The notes below the pieces were generated by a model. The model searched no databases. It saw only the letters and a list, made by a program, of their open reading frames with translations, and was not told where the DNA came from. Shown piece by piece: positions 1-15,000 of a stretch of DNA of 64,000 nt. Position 1 is the stretch's first letter. Every line of letters begins with the position of its first letter. Origin of the DNA: Candidatus Multivoradales bacterium (lineage in GTDB: Bacteria > Acidobacteriota > Thermoanaerobaculia > Multivoradales > J023); NCBI GenBank assembly GCA_965248925.1, contig CBDFLE010000006.1:5154601-5218600 (forward strand), given 5' to 3'. The translations under genes were made by a program, and so were the position numbers.

Positions 1-3000
1 CTGATCGACGCCTTACCCGTCGAGGGTCTGTGTCTGTTGATCTACACCTCGGGTTCGACCGGCCAGCCCAAGGCCAGTGGCACCACTCACCGTGGGGTGG
101 TCTCCCTGGTGCGTGGTGGCTCCCACTACGCCGAGCTGTTGCCGACGGACACCATGCTGCAACAAGCGCCGGTGTCTTTCGATGCCAGCGTGTTGGAGAT
201 CTGGGGCATGCTGCTCAACGGTGGCAGAGTGGGGATTGGCAGCGCCGATCAGCTCGATCTCGACGAAGTCGCCACTGCGCTGATCGCACAGCGGGTCACG
301 GTTCAGGTTCTAACCTCGGGGTTGTTTCGCCTGCTGGCCGAGGAGCGACTCGATTCGCTGGCCGGATTGCGGGACCTGATGACTGGTGGAGAAGCGGCCT
401 CGGTGCCGCACATGAGGAAAGTTCTGCGAGCTTATCCGCGGTTGCGGCTGAGCAATGTCTACGGGCCGTCGGAAAACTCGACCTACTCGGCGGTCCAGAT
501 GACCCGCCCTTGGCATCTCGGCGCTGCCTCGATGCCGATCGGCACGCCGGTGTCCAACCGAACGGTGCTGGTGCTCGATGGCTTCCTGCGGTTGGTGGCT
601 AGCGGCGTTCCGGGTCGGCTCTATGTCGGTGGCCATGGTCTCGCCCGCGGCTATTGGCGCCGGCCTGGGATGACTGCCAGCGTCTTCGTACCCCATCCTT
701 ATTCCAGGCAGCGCGGAGAGCGACTTTACGACACCGGTGATCTGGCGCGACTGCTGGCCGACGGCAGTCTGGACTTTCTTGGCCGGCAGGACCACCAAGT
801 CAAAATCCGCGGCTTCCGCATCGAGCCGGGCGAGGTTGCGGTAGCTCTGATGGAGCTGCCCGAGGTAGGCGACGCGGTAGTGGTGGTGAGCCAGGGAGAT
901 ACCGAGAAGCACCTGGTGGCCTATGTTGTGCCGACTGCTCCGGTCGCCGATCTCGAGCGGTGCTTGCATGCCGCGCTGGCCACCAAGTTGCCCACCTACA
1001 TGCTGCCGTCGGCCATCGTTGAACTGGCGTCGCTACCTCTCAGCCCCAATGGCAAGCTCGACCGGGAGGCTTTGCCGGCGCCTCGTTCGAGAAACCTCGC
1101 CAGCCCCCTGGTACGACTGCCGGAGAGTGCTGCCGAGAAGCTACTTGCCGAGATCTGGCAAGAGGTTCTGGTAGTCGACGGCTTGGGAGTCGACGAGAAT
1201 TTCTTCGAACTCGGCGGTCACTCGCTGCTGGCTACCCGAGTGATCTCACGGTTGCGGCGCTCGTTGAATATCGAGTTGCCGTTGAGCGCCTTGTTCGAGG
1301 AGCCCACCATCGGTGGCCTGGCGCGGCTCTTGGAACGGGATACTCAGAACGCTTTAGGGGCTTCGAGACGGATCGAGCGCCGTGCCGCGGGCCAGGAGCA
1401 GGCGCCGTCGTTTGGTCAACGCCGCTTGTGGTTCATCGACCAATTGAAGCCAGGTAATCCGGTCTACAACATCGCCAATGCTCTGCGTCTCGAAGGCCAG
1501 GTCGACAGCGCTGTGCTGGTCTACAGCATCGAGCGGTTGGTCGAGCGGCATCAGGTCTTGCGGACGGTCTTCCACGAGATCGACGGCCAGCCGGTGCTCG
1601 AGGTCCGCCCGCCAGGGACGCTGACGCTGCCCGAGATCGATCTGAGCGGCTTGCCGACAGCCTCGCAGTGGCCGGTGGTCCGGGAGCTGGCGGCTGGCGA
1701 AGCGTCAGCGCCGTTTGACTTGGGTAGCGATTCGGTGCTGCGGGTTACCCTGCTGCGCTTGGCGGCTGACGATCAGGTGTTGCTACTAGTGGTGCATCAC
1801 ATCGCCGCCGATGGTTGGTCGATGGACCTCATGATTCACGAGATCTCTGCCCACTATTCGGCAGCCGCCGCGGGTCAGCAAGCGCCGCTGCCGGAGCTAC
1901 CGATTCAGTACGCGGATTTCGCCGCCTGGCAGCAGGAGCTGCTGAGCAGCGCGGTCGGTGAGCAGCAGTTGCAGTTCTGGCATCGCACTCTCGACCAAGC
2001 GCCGGCCTTGCTCGAGCTGCCTCTGGACCGCCCCCGGCCGGCGGTTCAACGCCACCGTGGGGCGCGCTACGACTTCCAGGTGCCGGCCGCGCTGAGCGCC
2101 GCCTTGCGGGATCTTGGACAGCAGCTTGGGGCGACCCCGTTCATGATCTTGTTGACCGCCTTCAAAGTGCTCCTGGCGCGTCACTCGGGTCAGTCCGATA
2201 TTTCGATCGGAACGCCGATCGCTGGCCGCCGGATGTCCGAAGCAGAGAACTTGATCGGCTTGTTCGCAAACACTTTGGTGTTGCGCAACACCTTGCAGCC
2301 GGCGAATAGCTTCAGCTCTTTGGTGGCTGCTATTCGCGCGACGACCCTGGACGCTTACGAGAATCAGGATCTGCCCTTCGAACGCCTAGTGGAGGAACTC
2401 AAGCCGGAGCGAAGCCTGGCTTTCTCCCCTCTTTTCCAGGTCTTCTTCGTTTGGCTCGACGCCGCGGTGGGCGGTCAGCCGGCGGCTGTAGAGGCCTTGC
2501 GCTGGAGTTCGGTGGAGACCGGCCACACTACTTCGATGTTCGATCTTGCCCTGACCATGCACGAACGACAGGGCGCTTTTGTCGGTGAGTTCGTTTTTGA
2601 CACGGATCTTTTCGAAGCCAGCACTGTTCAGCGCCTGGCGGAGCGTTTTCGCGTCTTGCTCGACAGCGCGGTAGCGCGGCCGGGGATGCTAATTGCCGAG
2701 CTGTCGCTGCTGCCGGGGGCTGAAGTCGAACAGCTGCTGCTGCAGTTGGCGCCGGGGGCACCGCCGGTCGGTACGAGGCCCCGGTTCTTGCATCAGTTCT
2801 TTGGCTGTCAGGCAGCGCTCACTCCGGCGGCGGTGGCGGTCGTGCATGGTGACCGGCACTGGACCTACGCCGAACTCGATCAGCGGGCTACTGAGATTGC
2901 CGCTGGTTTGCAAGCCCGGGGTGTTGGACCGGAGGTGCTGGTCGCGGTCTGCGTCGAGCGCGGAGCGGAGTTGGTGGCGGCGTTGCTGGGGGTTCTCAAG

Positions 3001-6000
3001 GCCGGGGGTGGATACCTGCCACTAGATTCGGCTTACCCAACTAGCCGCTTGCGGGCGACCCTGCAGGACTCACGGGCAACCCTATTGCTGGTTGATGACG
3101 AAGCGACCGCCAAGCGTCTCGAAGGTACGGTTCAGTGGCTGCTGGTCAGCACCGTGGTCGCCGACCCTGACCGCTGGTTGGCGATGGATCTTGATCCCGA
3201 TCAGTTGGCCTATTCGATCTACACCTCGGGCTCTACCGGGCGACCCAAGGGAATTGGTATTACTCATGGCAGCGCTGCCCAACTGGTGGCTTGGGCCAGT
3301 GCTGAGTTCAGTGCCGCGGAACTCGAGGCGGTGCTGGCCTCGACCTCGGTGTGCTTCGATCTGTCAGTTTTCGAGATTTTCGTGCCGTTGTCGGTGGGGG
3401 GTCGGGTAGTGATGGTCAGTGACGCCCTCGAACTCGCTGAAGGTGGGGCCGGGGCCACGGTGACGTTGATCAACTCGGTGCCCTCGGCGATCAGCGAACT
3501 CAATCGACTGGAGGCCATACCGCCGACGGTGCGGACCCTCAACTTGGCAGGTGAGCCGCTGCGCGGTGAGCTCCTGCGGAGCTTGTATGAAGGCAGCTCG
3601 GTCGAGCGGGTGCTCAATCTCTACGGGCCGTCCGAGGACACCACCTATTCGACTTGGGCACAGCCGCTGCGCGCCAGCAGCGAGGAACCGCCGATCGGTC
3701 GACCGATCAGTGGCAGCAGTGTTTTCCTGCTCGACCCCCTTGGCCAGCTGGTGCCGATAGGCGTCGTCGGCGAGCTGCTGCTCGCCGGTGCGGGGTTAGC
3801 CCGCGGCTACCTTGGACGCCCAGCGTTGACCGCCGAACGCTTCGTGCCCGACGGCGTGAGCGGCCGATCGTCGGCCAGGATGTATCGCAGTGGAGACCTG
3901 GCTCGCTGGCGGGTCAACGGTGAACTCGAATTCCTCGGTCGACTCGATCACCAGGTCAAAGTGCGTGGCTTCCGCATTGAGTTGGGTGAGATCGAGGTAG
4001 CGCTGAGCGAAGTTGGCGGTGTCGACAGTATGGTCGTGGTGGCGGAGGGCAGCGCTGAGGCACGCCGCCTGGTGGCCTACGTCACCGGGCGGCTCGAAGT
4101 TGAGGAGCTGCGCCGTCAGCTCTCCCGACGATTGCCGGCCTACATGGTGCCAGAGGTCTTTGTGGTCCTCGAAGCACTGCCTTTGAACGTTAATGGTAAG
4201 ATAGATCGCGACTGTTTGCCGTCGCCGGCGGCCGAGTTGGTGGCGCGCGGTATGGTCTCGCGGTTACCGGAGAGTCCCACCGAGTTGCGGCTGGCGGCGA
4301 TTTGGCAAGAGGTTCTTGAGCTTGGAGAAGTCGGTGCCGAGGAGAGCTTCTTCACTCTCGGTGGGCATTCTTTATTGGCTACCCGGGTGATCTCGAGAGT
4401 GCGCACCGAGTTCGCTGCCGAATTGCCGCTGCGATCACTGTTCGAGACTCCGACGATCGCCGGTTTGGCCCGCCAAGTCGATCTGGCGCGGCAGCCCACC
4501 ACGTTGCCGGCGCTACGGCCGCTACTTCGCGGTGGCCCCTTGCCACTGTCTTTTGCCCAGCAGCGGCTGTGGTTCATCGATCAGCTCGAGCCGGGCAACT
4601 TGGTGTTCAACATTCCCATCGTGCTGCATGCCGAAGGGCCGCTGGAAGTGGCAGCGCTAGCGGCCTGCTTCACCGAAGTGGTGCGCCGGCACGAGGTTCT
4701 GCGTACTACCTTTGCCACCGAGGACGGGGAGCCGGTGCAAGTGGTGGCACGGCCTCGACCGGTGTCCTTGCCGCTGATCGATCTCTGTGCGCTGCGCGCC
4801 GCTGATCGCCAGCAGCAGACTGACCGAGCTACCGACCTCTGCGAGCGCCGGCCGTTCAATCTCGCCACGGGTCCTCTGGTGCGTTGTGCGCTAATCCGCA
4901 TGGAGCAGGGTCAACACCAGTTGCAGGTGACCCTGCACCATATCGTCAGCGATGCCTGGACTCTGGAGGTGCTGTACCAGGAAGTCGCCGCGCTCTACCA
5001 TGCCTTCAGTCAGCGGCAGCCTTCGCCACTGGCTGAGCTGCCGCTACAGTACGCCGATTATGCCGGCTGGCAGCGGCAGTGGTTGCGGGGCGAAGCGCTA
5101 GAGCAGCGCCTCGATTTCTGGCGTCACACCCTGGCTGGTGCTCCGCCTCTTTTGGAGCTGCCCTACGATCGGCCGCGGCCGGCGATGCAGAGCCACCGCG
5201 GTGGTTACCACCGCTTCACACTGAGTCAGCAAGTGGCGGCCACCGTGGGGAAGCTCGGGCAGAGCTTGACCGCCACTCCTTTCATCATCTTGCTGGCGCT
5301 GTTCAAGGGGCTCTTGGCTCGTTATTCGGGCGCCATCGACCTAGTGGTCGGAACCCCGGTAGCGGGGCGCGATCATCTCGAACTCGAGCGGCTGATCGGT
5401 TGCTTCATCAACACCCTGGTGCTGCGCACGGACCTGTCCGGCGATCCGAGTTCGCGACAGTTGGTGCAGCGGGTGCGCGAGGTTTTCTTGGCCGCTGACG
5501 CCCATCAGCAAGTGCCCTTTGAAAAGTTGGTCGAGGAGCTCGGCGTCGAGCGCAGCCTGACGCACTCACCGCTGTTCCAGGTGATGTTCCTGCAGCCGCG
5601 ATCGGCACTCGTTTCAAGCTCCCCGAACGAGGCTGAGACAAGGCCTGACGCCAGCCGTGAGGAGCTTTCCTGGAGGGTGGTGGAACGAGCCGGTGAGACT
5701 TCGCAATTCGACCTTACTCTGTCAGTGCAAGAGGACGCGGCCGGCGGCTTGGTGGGAACGCTGGAGTATTGCCTCGACCTCTTCGAACCGTCGACTATGG
5801 AGCGGCTAGCGCGGCACTACTCGAACTGGGTCGCGGGAGCTCTTGCTGACCCTGAGCTGACGCTGTCACAGCTCAGCATGCTGTCGCCCGTGGAGCGCTA
5901 CCAGCTGCGTTTTGAGCGCGCCTTGGGCGGCAGCACCGGCAGCGTGCCGTGGTCGACAGTACAGCAGGGGATCTGGCAGCAGGCGCGGTGCGCTCCACAG

Positions 6001-9000
6001 CGGCTGGCGCTGGTGGCTGATGATGTTCAGTTGAGCTACGCTGAGTTGGTCGGCGCGGCGGCGCGACTGGGCGAGCGGTTGCGACTGCTCGGGGTCGGCC
6101 CTGAGGTAGCGGTGGCTCTGTCGGTCGAGCGTTCTCCCGAGATGGTGGTGGCGGTGCTCGCGGTACTCGCCGCTGGCGGCTTCTACGTACCGCTCGATCC
6201 GGCTCTGCCGACGGCGCGCTGCGAGTGGATTGTCGACCAGGCTCGGCCGCGAGTCCTGCTCACCCGGGCAGCGTTGCGGCAGCGGTTTGCGGTGGGCGAG
6301 GCCGAGGTGTTGCTGCTCGACGATGTACTGTCCGCGCCGGCCGCCGCCGGTGACGCCACCGTCGCCGAGTTGCCGCTGCCGGCCGCTGGGGAGAGTGCGG
6401 TCTATGCGATCTTCACTTCGGGCTCGACCGGCCGGCCGAAGGGGGTCTTGGTCAGTCACCAGTCCTTGGCCAACTACACCGCGGTCGCTAGCCAGGTTTT
6501 TGTGGTGAGCGCAGAGGACCGGGTCTTGCAGCTTGCTTCGCTGAGCTTCGATGCCAGCGCCGAGGAGATCTTTCCGGCGCTGACACGTGGCGCGACTCTA
6601 GTGCTACGCGACGAAGCCATGATGGGCTCGGCCCGCGCTTTCTTTGCCGCCTGTCGTCGTCAGCGAGTGACCGTGCTCGACTTGCCGACAGCGCTGTGGC
6701 ACGAGTTGATGCAGGCGATGGAGGAGGAGGATCTGACCCTCCCCGGCACCCTTCGCCTGGTAATCCTGGGTGGCGAGGCGGCGCAGTCCGAGCCTTGGGC
6801 GATCTGGCGCCGCCGGGTGGGTTCTCGGGTTCGCCTGGTCAATACCTACGGTCCAACCGAGAGCACCATCGTCGCCACCCATTGGCAGCTCGGGCGCCGA
6901 GCCTGGTTGGCCAGCGACGGAGAGATGCCGATGGGCCGGCCGGTCGCCGGCTGCGCCACCTACCTTGCTGGCCGGCGTTTGCAGCTGGTGCCGCCGGGGG
7001 TCGACGGTGAGCTGTTGATCGGTGGCAGGGGGGTGGCGCGCTGTTATCTTGGCCAACCGGCGCTGACCGCCGAGCGCTTTGTTCCGAACCCATTCTCGGA
7101 CCGTCCTGGCGACCGTCTCTATCGTAGTGGCGACCTGGCCCGGTGGCGCTCTGACGGTGCTCTGCGCTTTATAGGTCGGCTCGATCAGCAGATTAAGATC
7201 CGTGGTTTCCGCGTGGAGCTGGGGGAGATCGAGAACGTTCTGGCGGCGCATCCGCAAGTCCGTGAAGCGGCGCTGAGGATGTTTGAAGACCCGCGCGGTG
7301 CCCGTTTGGTGGCCTATGTCGTCGGCACTGCCAAGGCAACGGACTTGCGCCAGTTTCTTGCCGCGCGGCTGCCGGACTACATGGTGCCGGCACAATTCGT
7401 CGACCTAGAACGCCTACCGCTCAACACGATGGGAAAGCTCGATCGGCAGGCGTTGCCGCAGCCGCGGCCGGTCGATGGGGTGGGCAGCGGCTACAGCGCC
7501 CCTCGTGGAGCGATCGAGCAAGGGTTGGCGGAGATCTGGCAGGACGTGCTGGGGGTCGAGCAAGTGGGGCGCAGCGATGACTTTTTCGCCCTCGGCGGCC
7601 ACTCTTTGCTGGCTACCAGGGTGATCGCTCGTCTCCGGCGGCTGCTCGGGGTCGAGCCTCCTTTGCGGCTGCTCTTCGAAGCTCCCGTGCTGGCTCAGCA
7701 GGCGGCGTCGCTGGGTGAGTTCGGGGGTAGGGCGCAGGCGCCGCCGATCGAGCCGCAGTCGCGTGATCAGCCGTTGGTGGTCTCTTTCGCACAGCAGCGG
7801 CTGTGGTTGATCGATCAGCTGGATCCGGGTAGCGCCGCCTACAACATGCCGATTGCCATGCGCGTCGAGGGGGAGTTAGATATCGCCGCCCTGGGCTGGG
7901 CGTTGAGCGAGATGATGCGCCGTCACGAGGTGCTGCGCAGCCGCTTCGTTGGCGTCAAGGGAGTGGCTCGGCAGCGGGTCGATCCGCCACCACCACCCTT
8001 CCTACCGCTGATCGATCTCAGCGGCCTGACTGGCGCGGATCGGCGCTGCTCGACTTTGGGCCGGGTCGCCGAGGAAGCGGCGACACCCTTTGATCTGGCG
8101 CGTGGTCCACTGCTGCGGGCCCTGGTGCTGCGTCTGGCTGAGCAGCAGCATGCCATCTTGATCACCGTTCATCACATCGTCAGTGATGGTTGGTCGATGG
8201 AGCTGATGAGTCGCGAGATGATCGCTCTCTACGGCGCCGGTAGCAACGGCCGCCCCTCGCCGCTGGCCGAGCTGCCTATCCAATACGGTGATTTCGCGAT
8301 CTGGCAGCGGCGCTGGTTGGCCGGTGAGGTGATGGACGCCGAGCTGGCTTACTGGCGGCGCCAGCTGGCCGGCGCGCCGCCGGTGCTCGAGCTGCCTCTG
8401 GATCGACCGCGACCGGCGTTGCAGAGTTCGGCTGGCGCCCATTTCGGTTGCCGCCTCGACGCCGACACCGGCAGCGCTGTGCGGCGGCTGGCGAGGGAAC
8501 TCGGCGCGACCCCATTCATGGTCATGCTGGCAGCCTACGGTGGCCTGTTGGCGCGGCATTCCAACCAGCTCGACCTGTGCATCGGTACGCCGGTTGCCGG
8601 CCGCGGCCGCCTGGAACTCGAGCCGTTGATCGGTTTCTTTGTTAACACGCTGGTGCTGCGCGCGGACTGCTCCGGCGACCCCAGCGGCGCGCTGCTGGTA
8701 GAACGGACCAAAGAGGCGGTGCTGGCGGCCGATCAGCATCAGAACGTTCCCTTCGACAAGTTGGTAGAGGAATTAGCCGTCGAACGCAGCTTGTCGACGT
8801 CGCCTCTCTTCCAGGTGATGTTCGCGCTGCAGAATGCCGCCCTCGAAGCGCCGCGCCCGGCGCTACCCGGCAACGAGCCGAACCGCTGGGAAGCCCTCGA
8901 GCTGCCGGGGCAGAGCGCTCAATTCGACCTGACGCTGACGGTGTTCGACGGCGATGACATGGCGGTGGATATCGAATACCGCAGCTCCTTGTTTGACCCC

Positions 9001-12000
9001 ACCACCATCGAGCGGATGGCGGGTCACTATCGCAACTTGGTGCGCGCCTTGCTGGTGGCTCCGCAGCGGTCCTGGTCGCTGCTGACCATGCTGTCCGCCG
9101 CCGAGCGCTGCCAGCTGATGGTCGAGCTACAGGGTCCCGAGGGTGCGAGCGACGAGGGGAGCCTGGTCCATCAGCGCTTCCAGGCGCAAGCCCGGCGCTG
9201 CCCCGAGGCGGTGGCGGTGGTCCACGCTGGTGGCGAGTTGACCTATGCCGAGCTGGCTCAGGCCAGTGCCGAGCTGGCGACCTGCTTGTGCCAGCAGGGA
9301 GTCGGCCCGGAGGTGGCGGTTGCGCTGGTTGTCGAGCGTGGTCCGGAGATGATCGTGGCGGTGCTCGGCATCGCCGAGGCGGGCGGTTTCTACGTGCCGA
9401 TAGATCCTTCCCTGCCAGCTGAGCGCCAAGCCTTCATGCTCGACGAAGTCAGGCCCAGTGTGCTGGTGACCCAGAGTCATCTGCGGCCCGACTTACCACC
9501 GCACGGGGCGACGATAGTGTTGCTTGACCCGCCCACCGCCGAGCAAGAGCGCAGGGTTGCCGGCCGCGTGATCGGGCGACTCGACCCGGAGAATCCGGCC
9601 TACACGATCTACACTTCCGGCTCCACTGGCCGGCCCAAAGGGGTGGTCATTCGCCACGGTGCTCTGGCTGAGTACATCGAGACCACGGTGGAGAAATACG
9701 GCTTGCGGCCGGGGGATCGGGTGCTGCAATTCTCTTCCGTGAGCTTCGATGCCAGCGTCGAGGAGATTTACAGTCCGCTGGTCTGCGGCGCCACTTTGGT
9801 GCTACGTGACGAAGACATGTTGAGCTCGGTGGCCGCTTTTCTCGACCGTTGCGAACGCTGGCGGCTGACGGTGTTGATCCTCACCACCGCCTACTGGCAC
9901 GAGCTGGCGGTGGCCCTCGACCGCGAAGACCTCGAGTTACCTCCCTTGGTTCGCCTGCTGGCGATCGGTGGCGAGGCGGCGCTGGCCGAAGCCTGGAGTT
10001 CCTGGTCTCGACGGGTCGATCCACGGGTCCGGTTGATCAATCTCTGGGGTACAACCGAGACCACGATCTCGACCACCCAATGGCAGGTCAGAGGCTTGCC
10101 GTCTCACGGCACCAGCGAAATGCCGATTGGCCGTCCTCTGCGAAATTATCGAACCTACCTCTGTGGTCGGTATCTCGAGCCGGTGCCTCTCGGAGTTAGC
10201 GGAGAGGCATTGATCGGCGGCAGCGGGTTGGCACGCGGTTTCTTCGGTCGTCCGCGGCTAACCGCCCAACGGTTCATTCCGGATCCTTTTGCCTGCTTGT
10301 CCGGCAGCCGTCTCTACCGCACTGGCGACCTGGCCCGATGGACCCCGGACGGGGTTCTGGAATTCGCCGGCCGGATCGATTTGCAGGTCAAGGTGCGGGG
10401 CTTCCGCGTCGAGTTGGGGGAGATCGAAAGCGTCTTGATGTCCCATCCGGCGGTGCGTGAAGCGGCGGTGACCCTGCGTGATGAGGTGGCTGGCGATCAG
10501 CGATTGGTCGCCTACCTGACCGGCGCCGCGGCCACCGCCGAGGAGCTTCGGGCTCACCTCGCCGATCGGCTGCCGGCTTATATGGTGCCGGTGGCTTTTG
10601 TCGCCTTGGAGCAATTGCCGCAGACCGCCCTCGGCAAGGTTGATCGTCGGGCGCTGCCGGCACCGGCTCGGAAAGATCTCACCGCCGGCCTTTTTGTGCC
10701 GCCGTGTGGTGCCATGGAGACCGCCATCGCCTCGATCTGGCAGGAAGTGCTGGCGGTTGAGCGGGTCGGCCGCGACGATAATTTCTTCGCCCTCGGTGGC
10801 CACTCCTTGTTGGCCGCCCGAGTGATCTCGCGGTTGCGCCAAGCCCTCGGCGTCGAGCCGCCGTTGCGCGCTATCTTCGAGTCCCCAACGCTGGCCGACT
10901 TGGCGGTGAGTCTTGAGCAGCTCTCGGCCGATGCTGGCGAGCGGATCGGCCGCCAGCAGCCCGGAGCGTCTCAACCCCTGTCCTACGCACAGCGACGTTT
11001 GTGGCTGATCGATCAGCTAGAGCCGGGCAGCGCGGCCTACAACATTCCTACTGCGCTGCGGATCGAAGGTCAGTTCGAGATCACGGTGCTCAGCCGCGGT
11101 TTGACCGAGGTGGTGCGGCGCCACCAGGTTCTGCGCACTCGCTTCGAGTCGTTGGGCGGCATCCCGCAGCAGGTGATCGAGGCGGCGATGGCGGTTGCTC
11201 TACCGCTGGTCGAGCTAAGTGCCTTGCGGCCTGCCGAGCGGGCCGCGGAGGAAGCCCGCTGGCTGGCCGCCGAAGCCGACCAGCCATTCGATCTGGGCCG
11301 TGCGCCGCTGCTCCGAGGGCTGGTGCTGCGGCTGGCGCCGGAGTGTCATGCCGTAGCGCTTTCGGTACACCACATCGCCAGTGACGGTTGGTCAATGGAG
11401 TTGCTGACTCAGGAAGTGAGCGAACTCTACCGTGCTTTCGCGGCTGGCCGACCGTCACCGCTCGAGGAGTTGCAGATCCAGTACGCCGATTTTGCCGCCT
11501 GGCAGCGGCAGCAGCAGAGCGCCGAGGATCTGGAGGCCGAGCTGAGCTACTGGCAGGAGCGGCTGGCGGCCGCGCCACCGCCGCTCGAGCTGCCCTTTGA
11601 TCGGCCGCGGCCGGCGATCCAAAGCGGCCGGGGCGCACATAGCGATCGGGCTCTCGCCGCACCCATCAGCAGAGCGGTACGACGCCTGGCGGAGGCCGGC
11701 GAGGCGACCCTGTTCATCGCCCTACTGAGTGGTTTTCAGGCCTTTCTGGGGCGGCTCACCGGTCAGCTCGATTTCACTGTCGGCACCCCGGTCGCCGGCC
11801 GCGATCGCTTGGAAACCGAGCCCTTGATCGGTTTTTTCGTCAACACCCTAGTGTTGCGAGCAGATCTCACCCAGCAGCCGAATTGGGAAGAGCTGCTGCG
11901 GCGCACCCGGCAGAGGACGCTCGAAGCCCTCGATCATCAGACCCTGCCGTTCGAAAAATTGGTCGAAGTCCTGGACCCGCAGCGCAGCTTGGCGTACGCG

Positions 12001-15000
12001 CCCTTGTTCCAAGTCATGTTCCAGCTCAACTCGACGGCTGTCGCCAAGCCCGAGGTGTTGGATGAAGTTGCGGCTGAGGCCGCGGACGGACCCCGCTGGA
12101 GCTTGCTGGGCGCTGCCTCGAGCAGCACCAAGTTCGACTTGACCCTGGCGGTTAGCGAGCTTGATGAAGGGCTTCATTTGACGCTCGAATACAGCACTGA
12201 TCTGTTCGAGAAGACGACTATCGACCGTCTGCTGCGGGGCTACGAGATCCTGCTCGAAGGGCTTGCCATGGAGCCTGAACTGCCTTTCTGGCAGCTTCCC
12301 TTACTGAGTCCGAGTGAGCGCCGTCAACTGCTCGAAGAGTGGAGCGGAGCGGCTGCCGCCGTGCCCGAAGTCGAGCCCCTGTCGGTACTCTTCGCGGCGC
12401 GGGTGCAGCAGTTTCCACAGCGGCTGGCGGTGATCGACGAATACGGCTCGCTGAGCTACCGCCAGCTCGATCAGCGGGCGGAGCAATTGGCCGCCTATCT
12501 GCGCCAGCTGGGTGCCGGTGCCGAGGTCCGAGTCGGCTTGCTCAGCGAACGCTCTCTCGACATGGTGGTTGCGCTGCTTGCCATCGCCAAGACCGGCAGT
12601 GCCTACGTGCCGCTCGACCCAGCCCATCCACCGGCCCGGCTGGTCTTCGTGCTGGCGGATGCCGCGGCGACGATTGTGGTCGGCGAGGATGGCTTGCTGG
12701 AGGGGCTGGAGCTACCACCCTCGGTGCGTCACCTGGTCGGCTTCGACAGTGCCAAGTCGGCGCTCGCCGGACGGTCGACGGTGGCCGTACCCGCGCCGTA
12801 CGAACTCGAATCCACCGCCTATGTGATCTACACCTCGGGTTCGACCGGCCAACCCAAGGGAACGATGATCTCGCAGCGCTCGCTGTCCAACTACTTGCTG
12901 TGGGCGGTTGCGGCTTACGGTGCTGAACAGGGTGGGGGGTCCTTGGTAGCGTCGTCGCTGGCATTCGACCTCACCATCACCTCCTTGCTGGTGCCGCTGA
13001 TCAGTGGCACCGGCGTGCGCTTGATCAGCGCTGCCGCCGGCGCCTTGGGATTGGGCGAGAAGTTGCTCGAAGCAGCCGACCTCAGCCTGCTGAAGCTGAC
13101 CCCGAGCCAAGCCCAGCTGATCGCCCGCCAACGATCCGGCGCTGAACTCGAGGGTCGCGCTCGCTGCTTAGTACTGGGCGGCGAAGCGCTGAGCGCAGAG
13201 CATTTCGCCACCTGGCCGTCGGCCACTCGGGTGGTCAACGAGTACGGACCTACCGAAGCCACGGTCGGCTGTATTCTGTTCGAAACCCGACCCACCGTCG
13301 CTGAGGGCGCGGTACCGATCGGCCGTCCGGTGGCAGGTGCCCGCGCCCATCTACTCGATCGCCATGCTTCCCTGGTAGCACCAGGAGTGGCCGGTGAACT
13401 GTACCTCGGCGGTCCCGGTTTGGCTCGCGGCTATGTCGGCCGTCCTGCTCTGACCGCCGAGCGTTTTGTGCCCGATCCCTTCACTGAGCGGCCGGGTGAA
13501 CGGCTCTATCGCAGTGGCGATCTGGCGCGCTATCTGGCGGCTGGTGAGCTGGATTTCCTCGGTCGTTGCGATCAGCAGATCAAGCTGCGCGGCTACCGCA
13601 TTGAGCCGGGGGAGATCGAAGCCTTGCTGGCTGCTCGGCCGGGGGTCGAAGAGGCTTTTGTAATGCTCGAGCAGAACGGTGAACGGCTGCTGGCCTATGT
13701 CGCCGCCGGTGGCGAGCCGCCCAAAGCCGAGGAGCTGCGGCAGCAGTTGGCCAGCCGCTTGCCCGAATACATGGTGCCGTCGGTGATCGTCGTCTTGCCG
13801 GCGTTGCCGTTGACTGTCAACGGTAAGATCGATCGCCGGGCACTGCCGCCGCCGGTTGCCGCTCCGGACGCCGACGCGGCGCTACCGGCGGGCCAACTCG
13901 AGCAGCTGCTGGCGAAAATCTTCGCGGCAGTGTTGGGCCTTGACGAGGTCGGCCGCGAGGAGAGTTTCTTTGCCCTGGGTGGACACTCTCTGCTGGCCAC
14001 GCAGGTGGTGTCGAGAATCCGCGCCGCGATGGCTGTCGAGCTACCACTGCGGGAACTTTTCGAGCAGCCGACGGTGGCTGGCTTGGCGGCGCGAGTCGAA
14101 CTCGCCATGGCCGATAACCTGGGACTGACGGCGCCACCGCTAGTGCCGGCGGCGCGCGATCAACCGCTGCCGCTGTCCTTCACTCAAAGGCGCCTGTGGT
14201 TCATCGATCAGCTCGATACTGGTAGTGCGGCCTACAACTTGCCGCACGTACTCCGTTTGCGCGGCGAACTCGATGTCAGCGCGCTGGCCTGGGCCTTCAG
14301 TACCCTGGTCAGGCGTCACGAGATCCTGCGGACCAGCTTTGGCACCGAGGACGAGCAGCCGGTGCAACGGGTGTCGCCGGCTGCCGAGTGGCGTTTGCCG
14401 AGGGTCGATCTAGGTTCTCTCGAGGTCGCCGATGGCGAGCACCAGGCGCGGAGGTTGGCGCGCCAGGAAGGGCAGCGGCCTTTCGATTTGAGCCGTGGGC
14501 CTCTGCTGCGCACGGTGCTGCTGGATCTGGCGGAAGAGCAGCACCTGTTGCTGGTCACCATGCATCACATCGCCAGCGATGCCTGGTCGATGCAGATACT
14601 TAGCGGCGAGGTCGGGCAGCTGTATCAGGCGGCGGCCGCCAGGCAACCCGATTCACTACCGCCGCTGCCAATTCAATACGCCGACTACGCAGTATGGCAA
14701 CGTCAATGGCTGGCCGGCGAAGTCCTGGAGCAAATGCTCGAGACCTGGACCGGCAAGCTGCGCGGTGCACCGCGGCGCCTGGATCTGCCCTTTGATCGGC
14801 CACGGCCGGAGGTGCCTTCGCTGCGCGGCGGCAGCCAGCCCTTCGTTCTACCAGCGGCGTTGGCCGGCGAGCTGCGGGGTCTCGGCGCGGCGGCAGACTG
14901 TACATTGTTCATGACCCTGCTGGCCTGCCTCTACGCGCTGCTCTACCGGCTGACAGGTCAGCCAGATTTGGTGGTCGGCACCGACCTGGCAAACCGCAAC

